A DNA stretch of 64,000 nucleotides, taken from Longimicrobiales bacterium. Lineage in GTDB: Bacteria; Gemmatimonadota; Gemmatimonadetes; Longimicrobiales; Gaopeijiaceae. This document shows, in pieces, positions 40,796 through 50,369 of this stretch. Below the pieces are notes generated by a model. It did not search any database. It was not told where the DNA came from and saw nothing but the letters and a program-made list of their open reading frames with translations. A program made the translations under genes and the position numbers. The number at the start of each line of letters is the position of its first letter. Position 1 is the first letter of the stretch. The stretch lies in assembly GCA_965238005.1 (NCBI GenBank), contig OZ250165.1, positions 4,128,001-4,192,000 on the forward strand, written 5' to 3'.

Positions 40796-42978
40796 ATGAA
40801 GACACGGAGAGTGGGGCTGCTGGCCACCGCCACGTTCCTGACCGCCGCGGTCGCCTGGGTCACCCCCCTGCCCGGTCAGGCCGCCCAGAGCGACGAAATG
40901 CCGGCGTCGTGACGAGCGGCAATGGGCCGGAAGAAGGGGTATGGGTCATCGCCGAGACGGACGACCTGGCCACACGGTTCGTCAAGACCGTGGTCACCGG
41001 CGACGGTGGGCGCTTTCTCATTCCAGAGCTCCCCGAGGCCAACTACAAGCTCTGGGTCCGCGGGTACGGCCTCGTCGACTCGGAGAAGATCGACGCGACA
41101 CCGGGGACCGACATCGAGCTCCAGGCGACCCTTGCGGCCAGCGGGGCCGAAGCCGCCAAGGTGTATCCCGCCAACTACTGGTACTCACTGATCGAGCCGC
41201 CGGCCGCGAGCGAATTCCCCGGGACCGGGCCGAGCGGCAACGGGATCGCCCCGGGCCTCGAGACCCAGGGCCAGTGGGTGGACATCCAAAAGCAGGGCTG
41301 CATGCTGTGCCACCAGCTCGGCACCCAGATCGTCCGCGAGATCCAGAACATCGACCAGTTCGACTCGACGATTGACGCCTGGGATCACCGGGTTCAGATG
41401 GGGCAGCGGGGCTCGCAGATGAGCAACGTCATGAGCCGATTCGGCCGCCAGCGCGGCCTGCAGATGTTCGCCGACTGGAGCGACCGGATCGCGTCCGGTA
41501 CGCTTCCGCCCAGGCCGCCCCGTCCGCAGGGTGTCGAGCGCAACGTCGTCACCACGATGTGGGAGTGGGGCACCGAGGTCGACTACATCCACGACGAGAT
41601 CGCGTCCGACAAGCGCGACCCGACCGTGAACGCCAACGGACCGGTCTACGGCGTGAACATCTCGAACGACGAGCTCGCCATTCTCGACCCGGTGACACAC
41701 ATGGTGACCAACCTCAAGGTCCTGTTGCGGGCCGATCCGGCGACCGTGCCGCCGATGATTGCGCCGTCGATGCCAGTGCCGTCGCGGTTCTATGGGGAGG
41801 AGCTGATCTGGAACGACCCGGCCAACCCACATAACCCCATGATGGACCAGAAAGGGCGGGTCTGGATGACGTCGGCGATCCGAAGTCGTCAGAACCCCGA
41901 GTGGTGCCAGGAAGGGTCGGACAACAAGTACGCGAAGTATTACGCGATGGCGAGCAGCTGGCGGTCCGCGGTCTACTACGACCCGCCGACCAAGAAATTC
42001 GTCATGATCGACACCTGTTTCGGCACGCACCACCTGCAGTTTGCCGAGGACGATGACAACACGCTCTTCTTCAGCGGCGGCGGCCAGGTCGTGGGGTGGA
42101 TCAACACCGACGTCTACGACGAGACGGGCGACGAGCAGTTCTCGCAGGGCTGGTGTCCGACCGTCATCGACACCAACGGCGACGGCAGGATCACGAAGCC
42201 GTGGAACGAGCCGGATCGGAGTGGGAACATCGAGAACTTCGACGCGAGCAAGGACACGCGCGTGGTCGCGGGCAGCTATGGCCTCGTGGCTGACTCCAAG
42301 GTGGGCACGGCGGTCTGGCTCTCCTCGACGCGGTACCCGGGCAAGGTCGTGCGCTTGGACATCGGCGACAACCCGCCGGAGACCTGCCTCACTGAGATGT
42401 ACGAGGTGCCGTCGGTGCTCGACCTTGACGTGCCGAAGGACCAGACCGGCTTCGGCCCGCGCGGCATCGACATCGACCGCAACGGCGTGGTCTGGACGGC
42501 GCTCTCGGGCAGCGGCCACTTCGCCTCGTTCGACCGGACGAAGTGCGACACGCACGGACCGGAGATCCTAGACGGGCGCCACTGTGTCGAGGGATGGATG
42601 CTCTATCCGACACCGGGCCCGACGATCCAGAACACGGATCCCCCGATGCGAGCGGATCACCACTACTACAACTGGGTGGACCAGCACAACACGTTGGGTC
42701 TGGGCAAGAACATCCCGATCGCTAACGGGTCGAACTCCGATGCGTTGCTGGCGCTCATGCCGGACACGGGCGAGTGGGTCGTCCTGCGCGTGCCGTATCC
42801 TCAGGGCTTCTTCAGCCGCGGGCTCGACGGTCGTATCGACGACCCGAACGGCGGCTGGAAGGGTCGCGGCGTGTGGGCGACCTACGGCGCGGCGGTCACG
42901 TGGCACATCGAGGGCGGCAAGGGGGTCAAGCCTGGGATGATCAAGTTCCAGCTTCGGCCCGACCCGCTAGCGAACTAG
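40796..42978 (+). CDS. Secreted protein: carboxypeptidase-regulatory-like domain, CxxCH heme motif, beta-propeller; frameshift after signal peptide
   Basis: Signal peptide MKTRRVGLLATATF from ATG 40796, frame change near 40898, GVWVIAET, WVRGYGLVDS, CMLCH, PRGIDIDRNGVVW. Confidence 0.7.
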
Positions 42979-43223
42979 CGTAGGCGCTTGGCGTGTGCAA
43001 GCACGAAGTGGATCCCTCTGCCCTGGAGTCGATCGAAGAGCCACGGCCAGGCCGGACTCGTCTCGACGACTACCTCGAGCGGGCGAAATTGCTCGAGAAG
43101 CTCATCGAGTCGATCCGCTTCTCGGTCCTTGATACGGACGGGTCCCTCCACGAGCTGACCCGTGTTGCTCACGATGGCGATCACTGACTATGTTGCGTGA
43201 GCGTCGATTCCTGCGACAAACAT
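42975..43223 (-). mobile_element. IS110-family transposase N-terminal remnant (pseudogene)
   Basis: MFVAGIDAHAT*SVIAIV ... VVVETS ... VLAHAKRLR; in-frame TAG at codon 12, truncated after about 82 codons. Confidence 0.75.
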
Positions 43224-43430
43224 GGCTGGCCTCCTTGGGTTCGGGTGCCGCGGGAGCTTGAGTAGGCCCAGCGTAACGCCCAGCCCGAGTGAGGCCAGCC
43301 CTTCGCCTTATAAGATCAGAATACCGAGACGTTGGGTCGCGTCGAAAGAAATCGCTGATTGGCCACGTCATATTGTCTCGCTTCGCGTCTTCGTGGAGGG
43401 CGTGGTGATGGTCACTTTTAGGAGACACGA

Positions 43431-43874
43431 ATGCCGAACCTACAGTCCGTTCTCAGACAGGAGATCCGGAGACTCGCCCGCAGGGAGGTCCGTTCCGAGC
43501 TTGAGGCAACAAAGAAGGCGGTTGCCCAGCACCGTCGGGAGATCGCAGAGCTGAAGCGAAGAAACACGGCTCTGGAACGGACGGTGAGTTACCTGCAGTC
43601 TCGCGAGACGGAACAACCGAAGGCCGAGCCTTCGCAAGCAGATCCTCCGCGGGGGACGAGATTCTCGGTTGGGTCACTGAAGGCTCAGCGGAGGAAGTCG
43701 GGATTGTCCCAGGAGGACTACGCGAGCCTCGTCGGTGTCAGCAACTCGACGCTCTACAACTGGGAGAGTGGAAGTACCAAGCCGAGCGGGAAGCACTTGG
43801 CGACATTGGTGTCCCTCAGAGGGATTGGAAAGCGGGAGGCAAAGAAGCGCCTGGAGTTGTTGGAAGGCCAGTAA
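43431..43874 (+). CDS. XRE-family HTH DNA-binding protein with N-terminal coiled coil
   Basis: MPNLQSVLRQEIRRLARRE; LSQEDYASLVGVSNSTLYNWESG. Confidence 0.8.
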   Translation: MPNLQSVLRQEIRRLARREVRSELEATKKAVAQHRREIAELKRRNTALERTVSYLQSRETEQPKAEPSQADPPRGTRFSVGSLKAQRRKSGLSQEDYASLVGVSNSTLYNWESGSTKPSGKHLATLVSLRGIGKREAKKRLELLEGQ

Positions 43875-44012
43875 CTCAGGAGGCCGTCGGTCTCCCGGTC
43901 TTGAGGTTCCAGCGATTCGACCCCGGGGGAGGGCCTGTTGATCATCACCTCGGCGCTCTTCGCGCTGGGACTGCCCTTGGTGTTGCTGTAGTCGCGCAGA
44001 TCAGCGAGCCGA

Positions 44013-44142
44013 TAACGGTCCTCTAAGCCACAAGGACGCTCCAGCCTACCCTGGATACCGAATAAAGCACGAAGACGCTCAGGACGTCATTGCAGGAGGT
44101 GTCTGCCAGGGTTCTGCTTGCGCCTACCGGACCGCTCTCGGA
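44013..44142. repeat. ~130-bp non-coding direct repeat, copy B
   Basis: See copy A at 39992-40120. Confidence 0.9.
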
Positions 44143-44224
44143 CATTGACCTCGGTCTGATCCCGGAGTGCGCCCGTGTGGAATCCCGTTGTCCGCCAGAA
44201 CGCAGCCCTCGAAATGCTGCTCTG

Positions 44225-44419
44225 ATGCGATCGTCACGTTTCCTCTGGTGTGCAACTCTTCTCCTAGCCTTCCTTGGCTGTGGCGTTGCCGTCCAAGGTC
44301 AGGCCGGTGAGCCAGTCCGCGTCACCTTCCTCGATGTCGGTCAGGCTGATGCCATCCTCATCCGTTCCCCGCATGGACAAACTGCGCTCGTAAATGCGGG
44401 CCGAGGCGAACCTACTTAG
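44225..44419 (+). pseudogene. N-terminal fragment of ComEC/Rec2-type metallo-beta-lactamase-fold protein
   Basis: Signal peptide, VTFLDVGQADAILI, ALVNAG, then stop. Confidence 0.7.
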
Positions 44420-44537
44420 CCGCTGGGCCACGAACCATCAGTCTCGGCAGTGCCGAGATATTTCGCCGAGAGGCGGACGGCTCCTTGCGAATAAGTCGGA
44501 ATGCCTGGAACCTGAATCCTTAGACTGCACACTCCTG

Positions 44538-44623
44538 ATGTCCGATCCCATCGTCCGCCTTAACGCCGCCTCGAAGACCGCTACGCCATCGAGCGTGAGC
44601 TAGGCGAACGCGGGATGGCGATG
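44538..44623 (+). pseudogene. Second Ser/Thr kinase N-terminal stub
   Basis: MSDPIVRLNAA/(L)EDRYAIERELGERGMA with a 1-bp deletion near 44570. Confidence 0.8.
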
Positions 44624-44715
44624 GACGCACGGGGGCGGCGCGGTTTAGTTGTAACGGCACTTTGGCAACCTTGCTCTATGTTGAGTGAGAACACATTCTA
44701 CCGCAGCGACGGGGT

Positions 44716-45237
44716 ATGGACATGAGTGACGGAGTCCTGGCGGACGCGATCGAGGCGATCGGCTTTGCGCGTGAGGGGACGATCGGCGAAGCGAGCAACA
44801 TCCCGGTGGAGAGCTGGGACTTTCGACCCCACCCCGACGCGAAGAGCGTCTCGGAGCTCGTGCGCCACATCATCGAAGCGAGCCTGATGCTGATCGGTGA
44901 GGCGGCGGATCCTGATGGGGACTTCACGCGACGGTCGCCTGGAGACCACGTATTGGATCACGCCGGACACTTGCCCGAAGCCATGACCCCGAGCCAGCTC
45001 CTCACAGCGCTCGAATCTTCACTGGAGACTTGCAAGAAGCGCATCCGTGCCGCGGGTGAGGACCATTGGTCGCACGACATCAAGCGGTTCGACGGGGGGA
45101 CGTGGAAACGCGTGACCTATGTCTTCTATGCGGGCGCCCACGAGTACTACCACTGCGGTCAGCTCGCTACCTACGCACGCTCCTTGGGCTTAGTCCCAGC
45201 ACTCACCAAGCGGATCCACGGAGACCAGGCCAGCTAG
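44716..45237 (+). CDS. DinB family protein
   Basis: WDFRPHPDAKSVSELVRHI, HEYYHCGQLATYAR. Confidence 0.85.
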   Translation: MDMSDGVLADAIEAIGFAREGTIGEASNIPVESWDFRPHPDAKSVSELVRHIIEASLMLIGEAADPDGDFTRRSPGDHVLDHAGHLPEAMTPSQLLTALESSLETCKKRIRAAGEDHWSHDIKRFDGGTWKRVTYVFYAGAHEYYHCGQLATYARSLGLVPALTKRIHGDQAS

Positions 45238-45239
45238 GC

Positions 45240-45302
45240 TCAACGCTCGATGGCGTAGCAACCTTCGAGTGCGGCGTTCAGAGGATCAACTGAATCGGAC
45301 GC
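45240..45302 (-). pseudogene. Third Ser/Thr kinase N-terminal stub
   Basis: SDSVDPLNAALEGCYAIER*, start codon lost. Confidence 0.7.
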
Positions 45303-45454
45303 GAGCAACTACGTGTCTTTACTGGGGCTTCCCATCTTTCACCTCATCCGGTGATTCGTACCGGCGTGGTGAGCGAGTGAGGGGCCCGGACCGGAAGGAC
45401 TCCACCACCTCAGCGTGCTCCTCACGTGCTCCGCCGTCCGTCCGGACATACCCG

Positions 45455-47152
45455 TCAGGAGAACAGTGGTGGGTGTTTCTTGTCAAACCCGGTCGCCTCC
45501 AGAAGACGCTGGGCCACGGCCAGCAGGTCGCCCTCCTGGTAAAGCTGGCCCGCGAGCATGACCCCAAGCGGCTCACCGTTCGATCTCAACCCCGTCGGCA
45601 AGGCGACTACCGGGTGGCCGGTCAGACTTGTAAGCGGGCTGATGCTTCGGCTTGGGTGCCACCAGACTCCGTGAGGAGACAGCACGACGTCAACGTCCCT
45701 CATCGCCTGGTGGGTTTCCTCCATAAGGCGTTGGCGCATACGGTTGGCCTGAAGATATTCTACCGCCGGCGCCAGACTATAGGCCCGGAGCTTGGCGCCG
45801 TGGTTGGTCATCCCGAGTTGCTCATCGAGGCCGCTCTGGAGGAACTCGCTGAAGCCGGCCGCCCGTTCGATAAATTCCACAAAGAAATTGAGATTGCTGG
45901 CCGGGAACCGGACGGGCCGGAGCTCGCCCCACTGGGCACGCACGAGGTCAATCAGATAGTTGTGGTGCGTCCGGTATTCAGGGTCTTCTTCAGCCTCGAA
46001 ACCGTCAACAATGTAGCCGAGGCGAAGTTTGGTTGCGTCTTTGCCGGCGTCCCAGTGGACGGGGATATCCGGCACTGAAAAGTCCTGACCGTCAGGCCCG
46101 GCAATAGCGTGCAGCACCAGCGCCACCCCTTCGGCCGACCGGCACATGGGGCCGATTTTGTCGAGCGTTGTGCCGGCCGCCATGACGCCATACCGGCTTG
46201 TTCTCCCGAAGGTAGGACGTAAGCCGACGACGCCACACCGTTGCGATGGTCCCATGATGGAGCCGCCGGTATCGGTGCCGATCGAGAAACCCACCAGGCC
46301 CGCCCCCGTTGCGGCGCCGGAGCCCGCTGAAGAGCCGCTTGAACCAACCTCCGGATTCCACGGGCTGTTGGTGCGGCCGCCGAACCATTGATCGCCGAAA
46401 GCGAGTTCACCGGTTGTCAGCTTGGCCACCAATACTGCCCCGGCCGCGTCGAGACGCTGGACCACGGTCGCGTCCTGATCGATTACCCGATCCGCATAGG
46501 CCGCTGTGCCCCAGGTCGTGGGATAGCCGCGGACGGCGATGATGTCCTTTACACCATAAGGTATCCCATGGAGCGGTCCGCGATGGTGGCCGGCGGCGAT
46601 GTCTTCATCCGCGTTGGCCGCTTGCGCCCGGGCTCGCGCTTCCGTGAGGTTGACAACGCAGTTCAAGACCGGACCGTGACGCTTCAGCCGGCGGAGATAC
46701 ATATCGGTGAGTTCCACCGATGTGACTTGCCGGGTCTCGAGCAACTGTGCGAGCCGTGGGATCGGCCAAAATGCCGCCGTTTCCAGATTGGCGGGGCGCG
46801 CAACCTCGGGTGTGCTCGCCCGAACCGGAGTCGGTGTCGGATCGATAGTCGTACCCGAGACGCGCGGGTCGAAGTGCAGAGGAATCGGTATGTCATTGTC
46901 GAGGGAGGCTTCCGCAAGGTCCTGATATTGGGTCAGATTCTCTTCGACATCCGCCACCATAGCCGCCGCCTGGCCCCGGGTGACGTCGAGACCGGCGATC
47001 CGAGCCGCGTCAAGAATCAGCTCCGGGGTTACCTCATCGACACCGGCTTCCTGAGCCTTGGCCAACAGGACACCCGGAAATAAGAGTGCCGGTGTGGCCA
47101 GACCGGCGGCGGTCAGGTCGGCAAAGAAGCGGCGGCGGGGAAGGTCAGACAT
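45455..47152 (-). CDS. Amidase-signature family enzyme with twin-arginine-like signal
   Basis: PRRRFF; GPLHGIPYGVKD, GSSGSSAGS, IGTDTGGSI. Confidence 0.9.
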   Translation of the reverse strand: MSDLPRRRFFADLTAAGLATPALLFPGVLLAKAQEAGVDEVTPELILDAARIAGLDVTRGQAAAMVADVEENLTQYQDLAEASLDNDIPIPLHFDPRVSGTTIDPTPTPVRASTPEVARPANLETAAFWPIPRLAQLLETRQVTSVELTDMYLRRLKRHGPVLNCVVNLTEARARAQAANADEDIAAGHHRGPLHGIPYGVKDIIAVRGYPTTWGTAAYADRVIDQDATVVQRLDAAGAVLVAKLTTGELAFGDQWFGGRTNSPWNPEVGSSGSSAGSGAATGAGLVGFSIGTDTGGSIMGPSQRCGVVGLRPTFGRTSRYGVMAAGTTLDKIGPMCRSAEGVALVLHAIAGPDGQDFSVPDIPVHWDAGKDATKLRLGYIVDGFEAEEDPEYRTHHNYLIDLVRAQWGELRPVRFPASNLNFFVEFIERAAGFSEFLQSGLDEQLGMTNHGAKLRAYSLAPAVEYLQANRMRQRLMEETHQAMRDVDVVLSPHGVWWHPSRSISPLTSLTGHPVVALPTGLRSNGEPLGVMLAGQLYQEGDLLAVAQRLLEATGFDKKHPPLFS

Positions 47153-47223
47153 GTCTGTTCTCCGATTGATACCTAGTTTAGCGAATGGCGCCCGTTCTCG
47201 GTTTCGGGTCGCCGACTCCACCG

Positions 47224-47248
47224 ATGTCATACTATGACATACTATGTC
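47224..47248. promoter_or_regulatory. Overlapping palindromes, candidate operator
   Basis: ATGTCATA-C-TATGACAT (47224-47240) and GACATA-C-TATGTC (47236-47248) upstream of the amidase. Confidence 0.5.
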
Positions 47249-47751
47249 TGAGTAGAAACACGAACTTTCTTAGAGATTGCGGCGAACAGGCAAGTCACAG
47301 CTAAGACAATCAACTTCGTCTTCATAGAATCCCCTCGGATGCGGTGGTTTCCTCTCGGAGTCACGCTGTACCGCGCGACCAATCTGTCGATCGCAAGCGA
47401 AGCACGCTAGTCGACTGTGTGTCGGAGATCGATTGATGATGGCGAGTCATTAGATGTGCGCGTTGCCCACATCTTTGCCCGATCGCTTGGTCCGTTATCG
47501 GGGTGAATTCCAGCCGTAAAACCCGAGAGAACGGCGTCTAGGCTTCCAGGACGGGTCGCATGCAGAGAGATGCCCCCAGACGGGGTGTGGGGAATCTCCC
47601 CACGCGCGGGGGTCTCCGGCCCCCTGCCAGACAGGAACTCCATACGTAACCTTCATACCCCATGATGCAGGTATCCCTAAAGGCCCAATAAGCCCATCCA
47701 GCTATCGGATTGACCGAGCGGCCACCCCTATCGTTCGGAGGTGGAGACGAG

Positions 47752-47900
47752 ATGAGCCTAGCGAGCGGAGCAAAGAAAGACTGTGAGGCGTTGGCCGCTT
47801 ACACGCTGATGAGCGTGAAGCAGGTGGCCGGGTTCTTGGGCTGTTTGGAGAAGGTGGCCCGCGAGATGGATCTGCCGTGGATTAGGGTGGGACGAACGAT
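47752..47900 (+). pseudogene. Excisionase-like HTH remnant
   Basis: GGAGG RBS; LMSVKQVAGFLG ... LPWIRVG. Confidence 0.45.
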
Positions 47901-48140
47901 GCTCAAGGTCACGCCCCTCGTAGGGTGCGCGGGCATAAGCCGGTTGCTCGACCGCACCATCACGTCGTTCACGGCGATGTCGGCCGGCGGTGCCACGCCG
48001 TCCTGCAGGCCGTCAGGCGTATGCTGTGGCCATTGACGAGCCGGTGCATCTCTGCGAGCGGGAAGGGCTGCTCCTCGTCCCGCAGCAGGACGCCGATGTG
48101 GCTCGAGGTTGAGCACGGGGATGCGGGGGAGGTGGCGGCG
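47900..48140 (-). pseudogene. Possible degraded NAD-kinase-like fragment
   Basis: RIPVLNL/SHIGVLL and IAVNDVMV spread over different frames. Confidence 0.25.
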
Positions 48141-48147
48141 GGCAGCG

Positions 48148-49059
48148 CTACGAGGCGCGCGCCTCTTTGCCGGCCTGCGCCTCGTACGCCTTGATAAGGG
48201 CCTGTGTGCCTTCGTCGGCACAGCCGAGCCGTTCGACGATGTTGAAGAACTGGTGGGCCAGGCTGACACCGGGCAGCGCCAGCTTGACGTCGTTCGCGGC
48301 CTCGAGGACGAGCTTGAGGTCCTTCTGCTGCAGGCGCACCATGAATCCGGGGGCGAAGTCCCCCTTCAGGATGCGCGGGCCCAGATTCGTCAACTGCCAC
48401 GAGCCTGCGGCACCGCCACTGATGGCATCCACAACTTTGCCCACGTCCAGGTCGGAGGCCGCGGCCAGCATCAGGGCCTCGGCCATGGCCAGGTTCGCTC
48501 CTGCCACCGCGATCTGGTTGCAGGCCTTCGTCGTCTGGCCGGCACCGTTGCCGCCGATGAGGTTGATGTTCTTACCCATTGCCTCGAACACGGGCAGACA
48601 GTCGTCGAACACTCTCTGCTCACCGCCGACCATGATCGACAACGTGCCCTGCTGCGCGCCCACGTCGCCGCCACTCACCGGTGCGTCGAGCATGTGCACA
48701 CCCTTTTCGCGCAGGGCAGCGGCGATGTCCCGTGTGACCCGGGGAGAGATCGTGCTCATGTCGATGACCGTCGCACCTGCACGAGCGGTCTGCAGCACAC
48801 CGTCCTCGCCGAGGATCACCTTCTCCGCGTCGGGTGTGTCCGTCACGATGGTGATGATCACGTCGCTGCCGTCCGCCGCCGCCGCCGGCGTCGCCACGCG
48901 CTTGCCACCCGCGTCGACCACTTCCTGCACGCGCGGCCGGTCTGTGCGGTTGTAGACTTTCAGCGAGAAGCCCGCCTTGATCAGGTTCAACGCCATCGGC
49001 GCTCCCATGATCCCGAGGCCGACGAAGCCGATCGGTGTGCTCCCGGGCTTGGCTGGCAT
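48148..49059 (-). CDS. 2-hydroxy-3-oxopropionate reductase / 3-hydroxyisobutyrate dehydrogenase family
   Basis: GFVGLGIMG, DMSTISP, DAPVSGG, KACNQ, QKDL. Confidence 0.9.
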   Translation of the reverse strand: MPAKPGSTPIGFVGLGIMGAPMALNLIKAGFSLKVYNRTDRPRVQEVVDAGGKRVATPAAAADGSDVIITIVTDTPDAEKVILGEDGVLQTARAGATVIDMSTISPRVTRDIAAALREKGVHMLDAPVSGGDVGAQQGTLSIMVGGEQRVFDDCLPVFEAMGKNINLIGGNGAGQTTKACNQIAVAGANLAMAEALMLAAASDLDVGKVVDAISGGAAGSWQLTNLGPRILKGDFAPGFMVRLQQKDLKLVLEAANDVKLALPGVSLAHQFFNIVERLGCADEGTQALIKAYEAQAGKEARAS

Positions 49060-49507
49060 GTTCGATCTCCTCAGTGCGAGTAGAAGCGGTGTCGATGGTC
49101 CTGGTTGTCGGCGTCCTCGTAGATCTGGCCGAACCAGACCTGCAGGACCTCGCCGCTGGGGGCCTGCAGCCGCTGTCCTATACCCTAGCCCGGTCTTCGG
49201 CGGAAGGCGGCGGCAATGACCTCGTTGCCGCGCCCGATCTCGCTGTCGAGGAAGCCACTCACGATGCACCGGCTGCCGGGGCCCATCCTCAGGATGAGCG
49301 GCGGATCAGCGGCAAATTTGGGTTAGGATTCGGCTCCGCGCTACTAGAACGCTTCCACCTTGGGTTGGCCTGTATCGCGAGGACAACGCTGCGCAGACTT
49401 TCCTTCCGAGCCGACTCGAACGACTGCCGCATCCAGGTAATGACGGCCTCGTTCCTCTCTACGAGCTCCGCCCTGGGATCGAGGAGTACCTCTCGGTGCG
49501 GCTCGAA

Positions 49508-49870
49508 ATGGACCGTGAGACGTTGCCCGGGGGGCAGGGCGCCCTATTGGCCACCTTGCTTCAGCGGTATTCCCACCCGAGCGGTAAGCTGCTGGGAGTC
49601 CCAGCCGCAGCCGCCAAGGCTGCCAAGTCGGTTGCCGACCTAGGCTTGGGAGATCGCTGCGAGGCGATCGTGGGCGACATGTTCGAATCCGTTCCGCCCG
49701 GCGGGGACGTCTACGTCCTGAAGAGAATCCTGCGTGATTGGGACGACGAGCAGGCCGTCACCATCCTCCGAAAGTGCCGAAAAGCGATGACGGAGGATTG
49801 GAGACTATTGATCATCGAACCGATCGTGTCTCGGGCACCGGGCTTCGACTACGCGAAATTGGAGCTGTTC
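49508..49870 (+). pseudogene. C-terminal fragment of SAM-dependent O-methyltransferase
   Basis: GGQGALL, GDMFESVP, DVYVLKRILRDWDDE, RLLIIE. Confidence 0.75.
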
Positions 49871-49884
49871 TTCCCCCCACAGCA

Positions 49885-50244
49885 TTACGCGCCGGCAACC
49901 ACCTTCGCGACGGCCTCGAGGAGCTCTTTGGGGTCGATGGGCTTACTGAGCGCTACGGCGGCTCCCTCAATCTTGGCCTGAGCGAGTCGAGTCGGTCCTT
50001 CGCCTGAAACCGCAATGATCGCCGACTCAGGAAACAGCGCCTGTAGCGCCGCGATGAACTCCAGCCCATCCACCTTGGGCATTTGAAGATCCGTGATGAC
50101 GACGTCGATGTCCTTTTTCAGGTAGGTCTTGAACGCTTGCTCGCCGTCCCAGGCCAAGTAGATGTCGTGACCCGATCCTTCAAAGATGGCACGCACGAGG
50201 CGCTGATCGGTGGGCTCATCTTCGACGATCAGTATTCAGGCCAT
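49885..50244 (-). pseudogene. Single-domain response regulator with nonsense codon
   Basis: MA*ILIVEDE ... ITDLQMPKVDG ... KP; in-frame TGA at codon 3. Confidence 0.8.
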
Positions 50245-50369
50245 GATGCAACCATTAGCGGATAGAAGGCGTCGGAAGGGCCGGACCCGACCTTGTAGCA
50301 GGCTATAGAAGGAGTCTGAAGGCGTCAAGAAAGACCCTTGGACCAAACGGGTCCTGGTTCCCCTCCCGG

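Noticed and set aside
43188..43190. Pyrrolysine or readthrough at the IS110 TAG
   Set aside because: Gene is also truncated; an ordinary nonsense mutation suffices
39989..44147. 130-bp repeats as canonical integron attC sites
   Set aside because: Copy A starts GTCTAAC, but copy B does not fit RYYYAAC, neither ends in a complementary GTTRRRY, and the integrase remnant shows no obvious IntI features
40163..45302. Diversity-generating retroelement template/variable repeats
   Set aside because: No reverse transcriptase, and differences between copies are not adenine-specific
50236..50238. Selenocysteine recoding of the TGA in the receiver gene
   Set aside because: Codon 3 is normally a basic residue; CGA to TGA mutation is simpler, and the neighbours are pseudogenes
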